Below the pieces are notes generated by a model that saw nothing but the letters and a program-made list of their open reading frames with translations, made no database searches and was not told the DNA's origin. DNA of 45,442 bases from Candidatus Kerfeldbacteria bacterium CG08_land_8_20_14_0_20_43_14 (GTDB lineage: Bacteria; Patescibacteriota; Patescibacteriia; PEXW01), in the NCBI GenBank assembly GCA_002774575.1, contig PEXW01000013.1:1-45442 (forward strand). The letters run 5' to 3'. The position numbers and the translations under genes were made by a program. Shown here piece after piece: positions 1 to 9,050 of the stretch. The number at the start of each line of letters is the position of its first letter. The first letter of the stretch is position 1.

Positions 1-55
1 ACATGTGCCATATTGGTAAGTAGGTAAGTGTTAACTTAAATAAAAATGTATAAGA

Positions 56-84
56 ATATTATGACAAAGCTCTGCTTATGTCAA
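56..84 (-). promoter_or_regulatory. sigma70-type promoter reading toward the left window edge
   Basis: The minus strand reads TTGACA (84..79), a 17-nt spacer, then TAATAT (61..56). A minus-strand ATG at 11..9 could start a gene cut off by the window edge. Confidence 0.5.
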
Positions 85-110
85 CAGCTCTACGAATTAC
101 GAATAAGTAT

Positions 111-251
111 GCCATCGCCATACGGCGGGGTCTCGCCAACTTGTAAATAGCTTTTAAAGACCTGCCCGGCATGTCGTCTCGGCAGGCGGGTGGCGGGAAA
201 TTTGCGAATGAGGCACTGGATTTACTTCTATTCATACATTCGCATTTTTTT
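111..251 (+). other. GC-rich structured non-coding element ending in a hairpin plus T-run (candidate small RNA or terminator block)
   Basis: Two mutually exclusive hairpins, cgcc-atac-ggcg and ggcg-gggtct-cgcc, lie at 116..137. A cctgcc(161..166)/ggcagg(181..186) hairpin follows. A long-range pairing gccatcgcc(111..119)/ggcgggtggc(185..194) is possible. The element ends with tgcgaatg(203..210)/cattcgca(237..244) followed by seven T (245..251). No ORF is present. Confidence 0.35.
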
Positions 252-301
252 CGCTAATAAGTTCCCACAACAATATAAAGCGCTACAACTAAAATCAATC
301 T

Positions 302-586
302 CTATTGAAATGGGTTGATTATAGTTACTTTATCTGCTAGGCCTTTTTTGTTGTCGAGCTTTAAATTTATGTCCTGCAATTCATTCAGTTTCAATTTTTC
401 CTGTTTTTGCTGGAGTTTTTCCTCTGGTACAGAATTAGAAATTAGTGGTTGGTACCAACTATTGTAGCTTGAAAGGGCTATATAGACCAGGCTAATTACA
501 CTAAAAACAATCAGACTAATGGCAATTATGTTACTTAGTTTGATTAATTGTAGGTGAAAATGGGGTATTTTTAGTTTAATTTTCAT
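302..586 (-). CDS. small membrane-anchored coiled-coil protein at the tail of the pilus operon (unknown function)
   Basis: 94-aa ORF starting 6 nt after pilO. It has one hydrophobic helix (IIAISLIVFSVISLVYIAL) followed by a K/E/Q-rich segment. I recognise no family. Confidence 0.4.
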   Translation of the reverse strand: MKIKLKIPHFHLQLIKLSNIIAISLIVFSVISLVYIALSSYNSWYQPLISNSVPEEKLQQKQEKLKLNELQDINLKLDNKKGLADKVTIINPFQ

Positions 587-592
587 AGCGTT

Positions 593-1138
593 TTAATGCC
601 AAGGCACAGTCCCAGAAAGATTCAGGCTGTAGCTATCTTGCTCGTTCTGTCTAAGTTCAATCGAAGTAATTAGCACATAGGACTCGTTCGACTCAAAAGA
701 CTTTAGAAAATTTAACAATCCTTCAATTGAGCCAGTTAAGCTTAAGGAGAATCCTTTCTCTTCTATGCCAAAGCCATTTTGGTTGCTTGGCGGGGTACGG
801 GAAGGTTCAGTCAGATTAAGATCTTGTTCAACATTGTACTGTCCAGCCAGATTTTCGATATATTCCACCAGTTTTAAGGCTTGAGTGCGGTCAAAAAAGG
901 CCTTGTTCAATTTTGCCGAACTGTCTTGTATTTGTTCCAGTTGTTTTGAAAGCGTGGAAAGGTTAAGTTTTTGCCGGTTGTTAAGTTCAATATTGACTTG
1001 CGAATCCAAAACTTTGTTCTTATCTTGAGTTAGTTTTCCAGGTAGGTACATAAAATCAAGCCAAAGCAAACCAGAAAGTAAAATAATGCTGGCGATTGAC
1101 CAAATAATTATGTTAGTTTTTTGTGAAAAGCGAATCAT
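593..1138 (-). CDS. pilO: PilO-like type IV pilus assembly protein
   Basis: N-terminal TM helix, then a coiled coil, then an alpha/beta C-terminal part. It sits directly after pilM-pilN, and its start overlaps the pilN stop by ATGA (1138..1135). Confidence 0.55.
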   Translation of the reverse strand: MIRFSQKTNIIIWSIASIILLSGLLWLDFMYLPGKLTQDKNKVLDSQVNIELNNRQKLNLSTLSKQLEQIQDSSAKLNKAFFDRTQALKLVEYIENLAGQYNVEQDLNLTEPSRTPPSNQNGFGIEEKGFSLSLTGSIEGLLNFLKSFESNESYVLITSIELRQNEQDSYSLNLSGTVPWH

Positions 1139-1680
1139 GGTTTTGGCAGATTTTTAATGTTGACTGAAATAGAAAAACTCAAGTCAGTTTTTTTTGTTTG
1201 TAAAGGGAAAATCACATTGGTAACCAAATCGCTTTGCTGCAGAATTTTTTCATAATTAATATAAGCGTCTCTAGTGGTGGCTTTGCCGGAAAAAGCTAAG
1301 GTAGCGTTTTTTTGGTCAATAGCGATCGAATTTATTTTGATATTTTTCGGGGTTAGTGCGGCAAAACCACTGATTATCGGACTCCAGGCAACAAAACGTT
1401 TTTGCAAAGCCTGCAAAGCCATGATTTGCAGGTTAACTCCTTTTATCCGGTCAGTGATCGAAGTCTGACCTTGGGATTGGGTAAGCAGCTTGGTCCGCTC
1501 CGCCTCCAGTACCAAATCATTGGCCTTTTTGTTAAGCAGTTTAGTGCCGATAAAAATGCTTAAGCCCATGATTATTAACAGGCTGATTAAAGTAATAATA
1601 AAGGCCCTGATAAGTACAAAAATCATCTTGAGTTTAAGCTCATTTTTCATGGCAGGAGAAGTAAGATTGACTAGCATCAT
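1135..1680 (-). CDS. pilN: PilN-like (fimbrial assembly) bitopic membrane protein
   Basis: Short N-terminus, one TM helix (FIITLISLLIIMGLSIFIG) and a periplasmic-type domain. I moved the start to the ATG at 1680, which forms an ATGA overlap with the pilM stop (1679..1677). The track ORF extends to 1701. Confidence 0.6.
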   Translation of the reverse strand: MMLVNLTSPAMKNELKLKMIFVLIRAFIITLISLLIIMGLSIFIGTKLLNKKANDLVLEAERTKLLTQSQGQTSITDRIKGVNLQIMALQALQKRFVAWSPIISGFAALTPKNIKINSIAIDQKNATLAFSGKATTRDAYINYEKILQQSDLVTNVIFPLQTKKTDLSFSISVNIKNLPKP

Positions 1681-2756
1681 AAATTTTTGTCGGAAAACCA
1701 AGGCAAATTTTGAGCGCCTCTTAAAGACAGGCCGATTGCGGTTGCGTAAGAAGGTGCTAAATGAAGCAGCTTTTCGCCAGGGTTTATTAAATTGCTGGGC
1801 CAGCCGCCCAATCGAACGGGCAAGGAGATCATGGAAGATATAAGTTCGTCTAAATGCGAGAGCTTTGCTCCGCCGCCGACCAAAGTTAAATCTTTAACCT
1901 TGAAGTTTTTAATTGAATGCTCTTCGTAAAAACTGATGATTTCCATGGATTTTTGCAGCAGGGGCTTTAATTCCGGTTCCAAAATTTGTTTGACAACACC
2001 CTTGCTTTTTTTGGGATCCAAGCCGCAGATTATTTTAGCCTGCTCTGCTTCGTTGGCGTTTAAACCCAATTTTATCTGTAAAACGCCAGTCAGCTGATTT
2101 CCGGAAATTGCCAGGGTTGAGGAATAAGCTACGAAATCTTCTTCTGTAATTATTATGCCTGTCCGGTTAGCACCCAGGTCGATAATCATATGGCTTCCAC
2201 TCCCGGGAATTTCTTCCAAAGCAAATCGGCTTAAAGCGGCTGATTCGGTTTCTAAAATTAAAGGAGTGAGCCTGGCTTGTTTACAGACTTCTAAATAGCT
2301 TTCAACCAAAAGTTGGGGGGCAACAGAAACCAAGGCCCTGATCTTTTTGTCTTCAGGTTTGGGCTCGCCAATAATTTGCCAGTCAATATAAGCTTCGTCC
2401 AGATTCAAAGGTATGTGTTCGGCCAGGCCTTCACGAAGGTTCGCATCAAAATTTTCGTGCATATCATTGGGCAGCTCAATAATTTTCGTAAAAGTTTTTC
2501 TTTCCGGAAGACTTAATATCGCCGCTGAAGTTGAAGGATGCTTTAGGTGAGGCTTTTTTACCAGATCTTTTAATAAACCAGAAAGGACTTTTAAATCTTT
2601 AATTTCACCGTCAGTTACAATGCCCTCGGGTATGGGCCGGGAGCTGATGGAATTAAGCTTAAATTTTTTGCCTTTGGGAATAAGCTGAACCATGCGGACC
2701 ACCTGATCGCTTATATCAATGCCCATTGCGTTTTGAAACGGCCGCAGAAGTTTCAT
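1677..2756 (-). CDS. pilM: PilM, actin-like ATPase-fold type IV pilus assembly protein
   Basis: Carries MGIDISDQVVRMVQL and IIDLGANRTGI phosphate-binding-type motifs, a typical length of 359 aa, and the expected position between pilC and pilN. Confidence 0.85.
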   Translation of the reverse strand: MKLLRPFQNAMGIDISDQVVRMVQLIPKGKKFKLNSISSRPIPEGIVTDGEIKDLKVLSGLLKDLVKKPHLKHPSTSAAILSLPERKTFTKIIELPNDMHENFDANLREGLAEHIPLNLDEAYIDWQIIGEPKPEDKKIRALVSVAPQLLVESYLEVCKQARLTPLILETESAALSRFALEEIPGSGSHMIIDLGANRTGIIITEEDFVAYSSTLAISGNQLTGVLQIKLGLNANEAEQAKIICGLDPKKSKGVVKQILEPELKPLLQKSMEIISFYEEHSIKNFKVKDLTLVGGGAKLSHLDELISSMISLPVRLGGWPSNLINPGEKLLHLAPSYATAIGLSLRGAQNLPWFSDKNL

Positions 2757-2760
2757 GTTA

Positions 2761-3978
2761 TTAATTAATCTGGTCAGTTAAGGAATAAATCGGCAGGATA
2801 ACCGCTACGACAATTCCGCCCACGCCTCCGCCTAACAAGAGAATTAAAATTGGCTCAAGAATTGAAGTTAAATTGCTCGTAACTTGATCAACTTCTTCTT
2901 CATAAAATTTTGCCACCTCTTCGCTTATTGTATCAAGAGTACCACTTTGTTCGCCAACCGAAATCATCTGCGTGACTATTGGCGGGTAAAGGTGGGGATG
3001 TAAAGCTAGAATGCTGGCAATACTTGAACCTTTTTTGAGCTCATTTGCGGTTTTTTCCAAAGATTCTCTGAAGATGACATTGCCTATTGTCCGGGAAATA
3101 ATCTGGAAGGTTTGGACTATTGGAATGTCAGTTTTCAGCAGGGAGCTTAAATTCCTGGTAAATCTTGCTAGATTAATTTTTTTGATAATCGGGCCGAAAA
3201 TAGGAGTTCTTAAAAGCAGTCCATGCCAGATGTGGCGGCCCTTTGGCGTGTGAATGACCCAGCGAAATAATATCGCCAGGCCGATAATGGCGGGTATGAG
3301 GAAAAAAATGTAATGCTGAAAAAAATTAGAAATTCCTATAAGAATTCGGGTTGGCAAAGGCAAGGTTCCGCCAGTTTGAGTAAAAACCGTCATCAACTTC
3401 GGGATAACTACTGTCATCATAACCACGCCCAAAACAATCATGGCGGAAATTACGATCACTGGATAAGTCAAAGCACCCTTAACCTTAGCGACAAGTTGAT
3501 GATCTTTTTTTATCTGAATTGTCAGCCGGTATAAAACTTCGTCCAGTTTTCCCGAAACTTCGCCTGCCGCAATCATGTTGGTAAAAAGCTCGGGGAAAAT
3601 TTTTGGATATTTTCCCATGGAGATTGAAAGGGTGGTGCCGCTTTCTACATCATGGCTGATTGATTCGATGATTTTTTTAAAGCCTTTGTGCTCTGTTTGC
3701 TTGGCCAGGGTGTCTAAAGCATGGCTAAGAGAAAAGCCGGTTTTGACCATAACCTGCAGATTCTGCAAAAAAAATATTTTTTGCACCACCGGAACTCCGC
3801 CGAAAATGAAATTGACTTTGAATTTTTTTTTGACGCCAGGAGTTATCAGCCGGGTATTTACCAGGGCCATTCCTCTGACTTTCAGTAATGAACCCAAGAA
3901 CTGTTCGTTTTTTGCTTCCAGAGTGCCGGTTGAGGTCTGGCCAGAGGCGTTTTTGGCAGTGTAAAAGAATTTTGGCAT
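2761..3978 (-). CDS. pilC: PilC / GspF-family type IV pilus platform protein
   Basis: 405 aa with a duplicated GspF-type cytoplasmic domain and three TM segments. It lies immediately downstream of the GspE-type ATPase. Confidence 0.9.
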   Translation of the reverse strand: MPKFFYTAKNASGQTSTGTLEAKNEQFLGSLLKVRGMALVNTRLITPGVKKKFKVNFIFGGVPVVQKIFFLQNLQVMVKTGFSLSHALDTLAKQTEHKGFKKIIESISHDVESGTTLSISMGKYPKIFPELFTNMIAAGEVSGKLDEVLYRLTIQIKKDHQLVAKVKGALTYPVIVISAMIVLGVVMMTVVIPKLMTVFTQTGGTLPLPTRILIGISNFFQHYIFFLIPAIIGLAILFRWVIHTPKGRHIWHGLLLRTPIFGPIIKKINLARFTRNLSSLLKTDIPIVQTFQIISRTIGNVIFRESLEKTANELKKGSSIASILALHPHLYPPIVTQMISVGEQSGTLDTISEEVAKFYEEEVDQVTSNLTSILEPILILLLGGGVGGIVVAVILPIYSLTDQIN

Positions 3979-3981
3979 AGT

Positions 3982-5712
3982 TTATTCTTTGGTAACGCGC
4001 AAAACCTCTTCTATGGTGGTTATTCCGTATTTAGCTTTAATAAAGCCGTCTTCAGCCATGGTCAGCATGTCTTGTTTTTGCGCGGCACGGCGCAAGTCTT
4101 CGGTTGTGCATTTATTTAAAATTAAGTCGGCAATTTCGTGGGTTATCTCCAAAACTTCGTAAATACCGATTCTGCCTTTGTAGCCTTCGTGATTGCATTG
4201 CTTGCAGCCTTTGCCTCGGTAAAAAAGCAAAGATTCTATTGATGTTGAGGCTGAAATTATGGCGCCTTCCCGTTCAAGCGTGTTAAGAATGAATTTAACA
4301 TTAAATTGTTTATCCAGATCCTCAACCGCGGCTTTTGAAAGTGTGTAGCTTTGGATGCAGTGCAAACAGATTTTTCTGACAAGCCTTTGGGCCATCAGTA
4401 TGTTGGTGGTTGAAGCAATCAAAAAAGAAGGTACGCCCATTTCACCAAGCCTGGGCAGGGCAGTAACCGCGTCATTGGTATGGAGGGTGGAAAGAACCAA
4501 GTGCCCGGTCATGGCAGCGTTGGCAGCAATTTCCGCAGTCTCATTATCACGGATTTCACCAACCATGATGATGTTGGGGTCTTGCCGCAGAAGCGAGCGC
4601 AGGCCGTTGGCAAAAGAAAAGCCGATTTTTGGATTGACCTGGCTTTGATTAATTTTAGGCATCCGGTACTCAATCGGGTCTTCAACCGTGGAGATATTGA
4701 CTTCGGGTTTGTTTAAGATATTCAGGACGGTATAAAGCGTGGTGGTTTTGCCAGAGCCAGTCGGACCAGTCACCAAAATAATGCCATGGGGTTTTTTAAT
4801 ATTTCTTTTCAACATTTCCAAGGGCCTTGGCTGAAGACCAAGCTGTTCCAAAGTCAAAACTTGGGCTGATTCGTTTAACAAACGTAAAACCGCTTTTTCT
4901 CCGTCATAAACCGGTAAAATAGAAACGCGGAATGCCACTTTGTAGTCCTTAGAATTAATGGTAAAGCGGCCGTCCTGGGGCAGGCGGTGTTCGTCAATTT
5001 TCAAATTTGAAAGAATTTTAATTCTGGCAATTATGCCTGACTGGATATTTTTTGGCAGGGTCATGACCTGCTTTAAACGGCCGTCAATGCGGTATCGCAC
5101 GGCCAGTTCATTTTCCTGCGGTTCAATGTGGATATCCGATGCACTTTCAAAAATCGCGTATTCCAGCATGCTGTCGACAATCCTGACAATGGGCAAGTCT
5201 TCAGCCAGTTCACTTAATTTTTTTCCGCTACCATCTTCTTCAGATTCTTCGGTCTCCTTGGTAATTTCCTTAAAAGTTGCTGATAGACCTTTATGAAATT
5301 GGCTAAGTGCGTTTTTAATGCCAGAAGGCGTGGTAATGGCGATTTCCGGATTTAAGCCGGTTTTTTTCTTAATAAACTCAAAAGTCTGAAGATCTCTGGG
5401 ATCCAGAGTCGCCAACTTAATTTTTTTTGGGTCCATGTCATAAGCCACTACCTGATGAACTTGAACTAGGGGTTCGGGTACGGTCTCAAGTACATCTTTT
5501 CGAATGGTGGCCTGCTTCAAATCAACAAAAGGCAATCGATAGTAAGTAGCGATTGCTTCATAGAGGACATTTTCCGAAAGCAGATTTTCATCAATCAAAT
5601 ATCGCTCCAGCTCAATGTTTTGTTGCTCAATGGCGGTTAAGGCGGATTTGAGTCGTTCAGCCGGCAAAAGATTCGCCTCCTGGATTATTTTGGCAAGTAA
5701 TTTAGTTTTCAC
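3982..5712 (-). CDS. pilB: PilB / GspE-family type IV pilus assembly ATPase
   Basis: Has Walker A GPTGSGKTTT, VGEIRD, a tetracysteine-type CxxC...CxxC motif (CLHC...CKQC) and a GspE N-terminal domain. The apparent start codon is GTG. Confidence 0.9.
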   Translation of the reverse strand: MKTKLLAKIIQEANLLPAERLKSALTAIEQQNIELERYLIDENLLSENVLYEAIATYYRLPFVDLKQATIRKDVLETVPEPLVQVHQVVAYDMDPKKIKLATLDPRDLQTFEFIKKKTGLNPEIAITTPSGIKNALSQFHKGLSATFKEITKETEESEEDGSGKKLSELAEDLPIVRIVDSMLEYAIFESASDIHIEPQENELAVRYRIDGRLKQVMTLPKNIQSGIIARIKILSNLKIDEHRLPQDGRFTINSKDYKVAFRVSILPVYDGEKAVLRLLNESAQVLTLEQLGLQPRPLEMLKRNIKKPHGIILVTGPTGSGKTTTLYTVLNILNKPEVNISTVEDPIEYRMPKINQSQVNPKIGFSFANGLRSLLRQDPNIIMVGEIRDNETAEIAANAAMTGHLVLSTLHTNDAVTALPRLGEMGVPSFLIASTTNILMAQRLVRKICLHCIQSYTLSKAAVEDLDKQFNVKFILNTLEREGAIISASTSIESLLFYRGKGCKQCNHEGYKGRIGIYEVLEITHEIADLILNKCTTEDLRRAAQKQDMLTMAEDGFIKAKYGITTIEEVLRVTKE

Positions 5713-5743
5713 TGAAGTTTATTTTAACAACAAGCATGACTAA

Positions 5744-5772
5744 ATTATAACAAAAAAATGTCTTTTTGTATA
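5744..5772 (-). promoter_or_regulatory. candidate promoter of the pil operon
   Basis: The minus strand reads TATACA (5772..5767), a 17-nt spacer, then TATAAT (5749..5744), about 30 nt upstream of the pilB start. Confidence 0.4.
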
Positions 5773-5813
5773 CCGTTTTCTGAGGGTATTTGTTTGAGAA
5801 AAGCGATCATGGG

Positions 5814-5852
5814 ACAAGGGTTAAGGATGAGCTATCTCATTCTACTCCTTGT
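5814..5852 (-). other. stable compound hairpin between the GT-C gene and the pil promoter
   Basis: Outer stem acaagg(5814..5819)/ccttgt(5847..5852). Inner stem aggatgag(5824..5831)/ctcattct(5836..5843) has one G-U pair and a 4-nt loop. No adjacent U-run follows, so this is not a canonical intrinsic terminator. Confidence 0.3.
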
Positions 5853-5878
5853 ACCAACTGCTATGGATTACCTTTTTG

Positions 5879-7708
5879 TTATCTTAATTTGGGCGAGCGG
5901 CCGTTCCGAAAATCGTAAACATTAATCGAGCCGCCAATGCTTTCGTCTGGCTGGTATTTTTTCAGCCACCAATAAGCGCCGTCTTCGGATAAATAGCTGG
6001 TTATACTTATTGCCACCACGCAGTTGACACTTTCAGGCTCATGAGGGTCGTCTTTGGTTGGCAAATAACGAAAATCGATTTGATAATATTCCAAACTGGC
6101 TTGGCCAAAATAACTCATGCAAACAAAAGGTATGTTGTTTTCCAGCATGAATTGTTTCAGCCTTTTGGCGTCCTGGCCCCAATCTATATTTGAATCAACT
6201 AAATACTTCGGGCCATTTTTATAACCACCGGCCATTTCTGAAAAATAGGCAGTGTAATTTGGATAGGCCATAATACTGGTCGCCAAATAAAGACCTAGAA
6301 AAACAACGGCAATTATTTTTAATATCTTGTGGCCATGCATAAAAACAGAAGCCAGGAAGATGCCGATTAAAACAAAAAGCCCCGGATAGACTGGATAAAT
6401 ATGCCGTAGGCCTAAATTGATATGACTGGTCAAGCTCCACAGAAAGTATAGGCCTGATGATGTCAATAAAATCCAAAGTCCAGGCCGGATTTTTTCACTT
6501 TTTGGATTTTTCAGCGATAAAGCCAGGGCCATTAAGGCAATCATTATCAATATCAAGCTGGCTAAAGGCGTTTTTATCAAAAAAGCTTCAGGAAAATAGT
6601 ACCACCAGCCAAAATTAGAGTATTGTCCGTTTAGATAGGCTAAATGGCCCCTGTAGTCATGATTAACAACCAAGGCCAGACCTTTGAAATATGACCAGCC
6701 AGGCACTGGCAATTCCCTGACTGCATAATTTACAACCTTGCCAATTTTACTTTTTCCATCAGAAGGGTTGGTTCCTTGGCTGACAATTTGCTCGCGCTCT
6801 TGATGCAAAGCTGTGATCCAAGGATCAGTTTTGCCCGACTTGATCTGACCGGTATAAACAATCAGGACTGATACAACCGTACCTAAAAAAGCCAATCCAA
6901 AAACCCGCAAAGTTTTTTTAACTACAAGTTTTGCCGAGTTTTGCTTTTTGGCAAACCAGACAGCTGAAATTAAAATAATCAGCAGCCACAAAATTATTGC
7001 TGAAAATTTCGTGACTTGGGTAAGGCCAAAAGCCATGGCAAAATAAACAGCATGCCGCCAGTTCCATTTCTCAAGCAATTTAAATAAAAAATACAGGCTG
7101 GCGGCAAAGCCCAGGGCCACTGGAACATCAGTAGTTATGTAACGCCCGTGCGCTAAAAAATTTGGATCAAAAACAAACCAAGCTAAAGCCAGTAGGCCGG
7201 CTAAACCGCCCGCAATTTTTTTTGCCCAGAGATAGATGAAAAGACCCAGCAATAAGCTCAAACCCACCATTGGCAAGCGGCCAAAAAATAGTAATTTATC
7301 CGCGTCATTGCCATTGTTATAAAGTAAATCCCTGGCAAATTGCCATTGGTTAGCGTGTTTCCAGGCTTGGGTATCAAAGGAAATGTGGGGTCTGGCTAAA
7401 ACTACTGGCAGGGCAGCGATCAGTTTGACCAAAGGCGGGTGCTCTTCATTCAGGCGGTAATCGTGGGTCAGCCAATAAGAAACTCCGGCGGCCAAATGCG
7501 CTCCCTCGTCAATGGTTTGGACTTCTTGGCGCATTGAGGTAATCTGAAATATAGCCATGATGACTAGTAGCCCGAAAATCAGCAGCCGCGACCAGGTTTT
7601 TGGAATATCCAAAAATAAAAGCCGATTTTTTTGCGGATGTAAAAAATGGGAAGCTGCGGCCTTTGTCGTCTGCTTAATTGGACTTGGACTTTCCTGGTTG
7701 ATTGTCAT
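5879..7708 (-). CDS. GT-C fold glycosyltransferase (PMT_2/ArnT-like, polyprenyl-phosphate-sugar dependent)
   Basis: 609 aa and polytopic. The first extracytoplasmic loop has the DEG..H motif (TIDEGAHLAAG), followed by EHPPLVKL and FGRLP, which are typical of GT39/GT83-type enzymes. Confidence 0.8.
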   Translation of the reverse strand: MTINQESPSPIKQTTKAAASHFLHPQKNRLLFLDIPKTWSRLLIFGLLVIMAIFQITSMRQEVQTIDEGAHLAAGVSYWLTHDYRLNEEHPPLVKLIAALPVVLARPHISFDTQAWKHANQWQFARDLLYNNGNDADKLLFFGRLPMVGLSLLLGLFIYLWAKKIAGGLAGLLALAWFVFDPNFLAHGRYITTDVPVALGFAASLYFLFKLLEKWNWRHAVYFAMAFGLTQVTKFSAIILWLLIILISAVWFAKKQNSAKLVVKKTLRVFGLAFLGTVVSVLIVYTGQIKSGKTDPWITALHQEREQIVSQGTNPSDGKSKIGKVVNYAVRELPVPGWSYFKGLALVVNHDYRGHLAYLNGQYSNFGWWYYFPEAFLIKTPLASLILIMIALMALALSLKNPKSEKIRPGLWILLTSSGLYFLWSLTSHINLGLRHIYPVYPGLFVLIGIFLASVFMHGHKILKIIAVVFLGLYLATSIMAYPNYTAYFSEMAGGYKNGPKYLVDSNIDWGQDAKRLKQFMLENNIPFVCMSYFGQASLEYYQIDFRYLPTKDDPHEPESVNCVVAISITSYLSEDGAYWWLKKYQPDESIGGSINVYDFRNGRSPKLR

Positions 7709-7973
7709 TTTGGATTTTCCATATGGTTCAACAAATATTGTACTTCATTATAACATCCCGTTTGGCATTGACATGATAGGCGTTTGGTGGCAAATTTGGC
7801 TTTTACCGGCTATTGGGACCTTGGCAGTTTTGATAAACTATTTTTGGCTTTTAGCTTGGCTTAAGAAATTCACGGCCAGAGCTTGGCACTTAGTACACTA
7901 TGGCAGCGTATTTTTAAGCCTCGGCTTGGTTTGGGTGATCTGGCTTTTGCAATATCAGCAAACTTTATCATGA
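7698..7973 (+). CDS. small polytopic membrane protein translationally coupled to mraY (start uncertain)
   Basis: The open frame runs 7557..7973, but its first ~150 nt overlap the divergent GT-C gene. Plausible TTG starts are at 7698 and 7710. There are two or three hydrophobic helices (VWWQIWLLPAIGTLAVLINYFWLLAWL, VFLSLGLVWVIWLL). The TGA stop overlaps the mraY ATG (ATGA at 7970..7973). Confidence 0.45.
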   Translation: MIVILDFPYGSTNIVLHYNIPFGIDMIGVWWQIWLLPAIGTLAVLINYFWLLAWLKKFTARAWHLVHYGSVFLSLGLVWVIWLLQYQQTLS

Positions 7974-9016
7974 TTGAATTACAACCGATAATCAGGATTT
8001 TTTTTCTCACTACTTTAGCTTTTATTGTGGCCATTGCCTTTACTCCGTTTTGGGCTGCGGTATTGTACAAGTATAAATTAGGTAAAAAAATTCGCTCCAT
8101 GGAAGAAGCTCCGGTTTTTGCGAAATTTCATGAAAAGAAATCCGGAACTCCGACAATGGGCGGGGTGATAATTTGGGTGAGTGTTGGCGTATTCGCGGTT
8201 TTGTTTTTTGTGATTAGACAATTGGTGCCTTCGGGTTTTTGGCATGAATTGAATTTTTTAACGCGGCAACAGACCTGGCTGCCTTTGGGCGCTTTAGTAG
8301 CCTCGGCTTTAGTCGGCTTTGTGGATGATTATTTTAATGTCAAAGGCTGGGGCCCGAAAGGCGGTGGACTGCAGGTCAGGCACAAAATTTTGATTTACAC
8401 TGCCATCGCGATTGTAGGCGCGTTTTGGTTTTATTCCAAGCTGGATTTTAGTTTAATTCATGTCCCATTTCTGGGTAATTTTGAAATTGGCTGGTGGTAT
8501 ATTCCGCTTTTCATTTTTATCATAGTCAGTACGGCTTTTTCAGTGAACGAAATTGATGGTTTGGACGGCTTATCAGGCGGAACCTTATTGGCTGCTTTTA
8601 GCGCTTTTGGAGCAATTGCTTTTCTTCAGCAAAGGTATGAGCTGGCAACTTTGTGCGGGGTAATTGTCGGCGCCTTGCTGGCCTTTTTGTGGTTTAACAT
8701 CCCGCCAGCCAGGTTTTTTATGGGCGATACCGGAGCCATGTCTTTGGGTGTGACTTTGGGTATTGTGGCCATGCTGACTAACAGCGCTTTGCTTTTGCCG
8801 ATAATTGGCCTGCTTTTTGTGATTGAGTCATTAAGCGTGATTTTGCAGGTCGCCTCGAAAAAACTCTGGAAGCGAAAATTATTTTTATCATCACCGATTC
8901 ATCACCATTTGGAAGCAAAAGGCTGGCCAGAATCGAAAATAGTCATGCGGTTTTGGGTCATTTCCGCGGTAACCGGGGTGATAGGCGTGGTGGTGTTTTT
9001 GGTTGATAAGACTTAA
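7970..9016 (+). CDS. mraY: phospho-N-acetylmuramoyl-pentapeptide transferase MraY
   Basis: Motifs NEIDGLDGLSGG, FMGDTGAMSLG and PIHHHLE. I moved the start to the internal ATG at 7970 (MIELQP...) because the 7883 extension overlaps the upstream ORF and has no MraY-like sequence. Confidence 0.92.
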   Translation: MIELQPIIRIFFLTTLAFIVAIAFTPFWAAVLYKYKLGKKIRSMEEAPVFAKFHEKKSGTPTMGGVIIWVSVGVFAVLFFVIRQLVPSGFWHELNFLTRQQTWLPLGALVASALVGFVDDYFNVKGWGPKGGGLQVRHKILIYTAIAIVGAFWFYSKLDFSLIHVPFLGNFEIGWWYIPLFIFIIVSTAFSVNEIDGLDGLSGGTLLAAFSAFGAIAFLQQRYELATLCGVIVGALLAFLWFNIPPARFFMGDTGAMSLGVTLGIVAMLTNSALLLPIIGLLFVIESLSVILQVASKKLWKRKLFLSSPIHHHLEAKGWPESKIVMRFWVISAVTGVIGVVVFLVDKT

Positions 9017-9050
9017 AAAAGCAATTTTTTCAATATAATACAAGCATGGT

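Noticed and set aside
105-125. Minus-strand GGCGAUGGC resembling the 5-prime end of a fluoride (crcB) riboswitch
   Set aside because: There is no matching UCGCC closing strand, no AACCGCC box and no CUGAUGAU box downstream. The element also lies upstream of the neighbouring promoter rather than inside its transcript.
1681-1701. Longer PilN start at 1701
   Set aside because: It would overlap pilM by 25 nt. The ATG at 1680 gives the same ATGA coupling seen at the next junction.
7883-7969. N-terminal 29-aa extension of MraY given by the ORF track
   Set aside because: The extension overlaps the upstream membrane ORF and has no MraY-like sequence. The ATG at 7970 forms an ATGA junction and begins the typical first TM helix.
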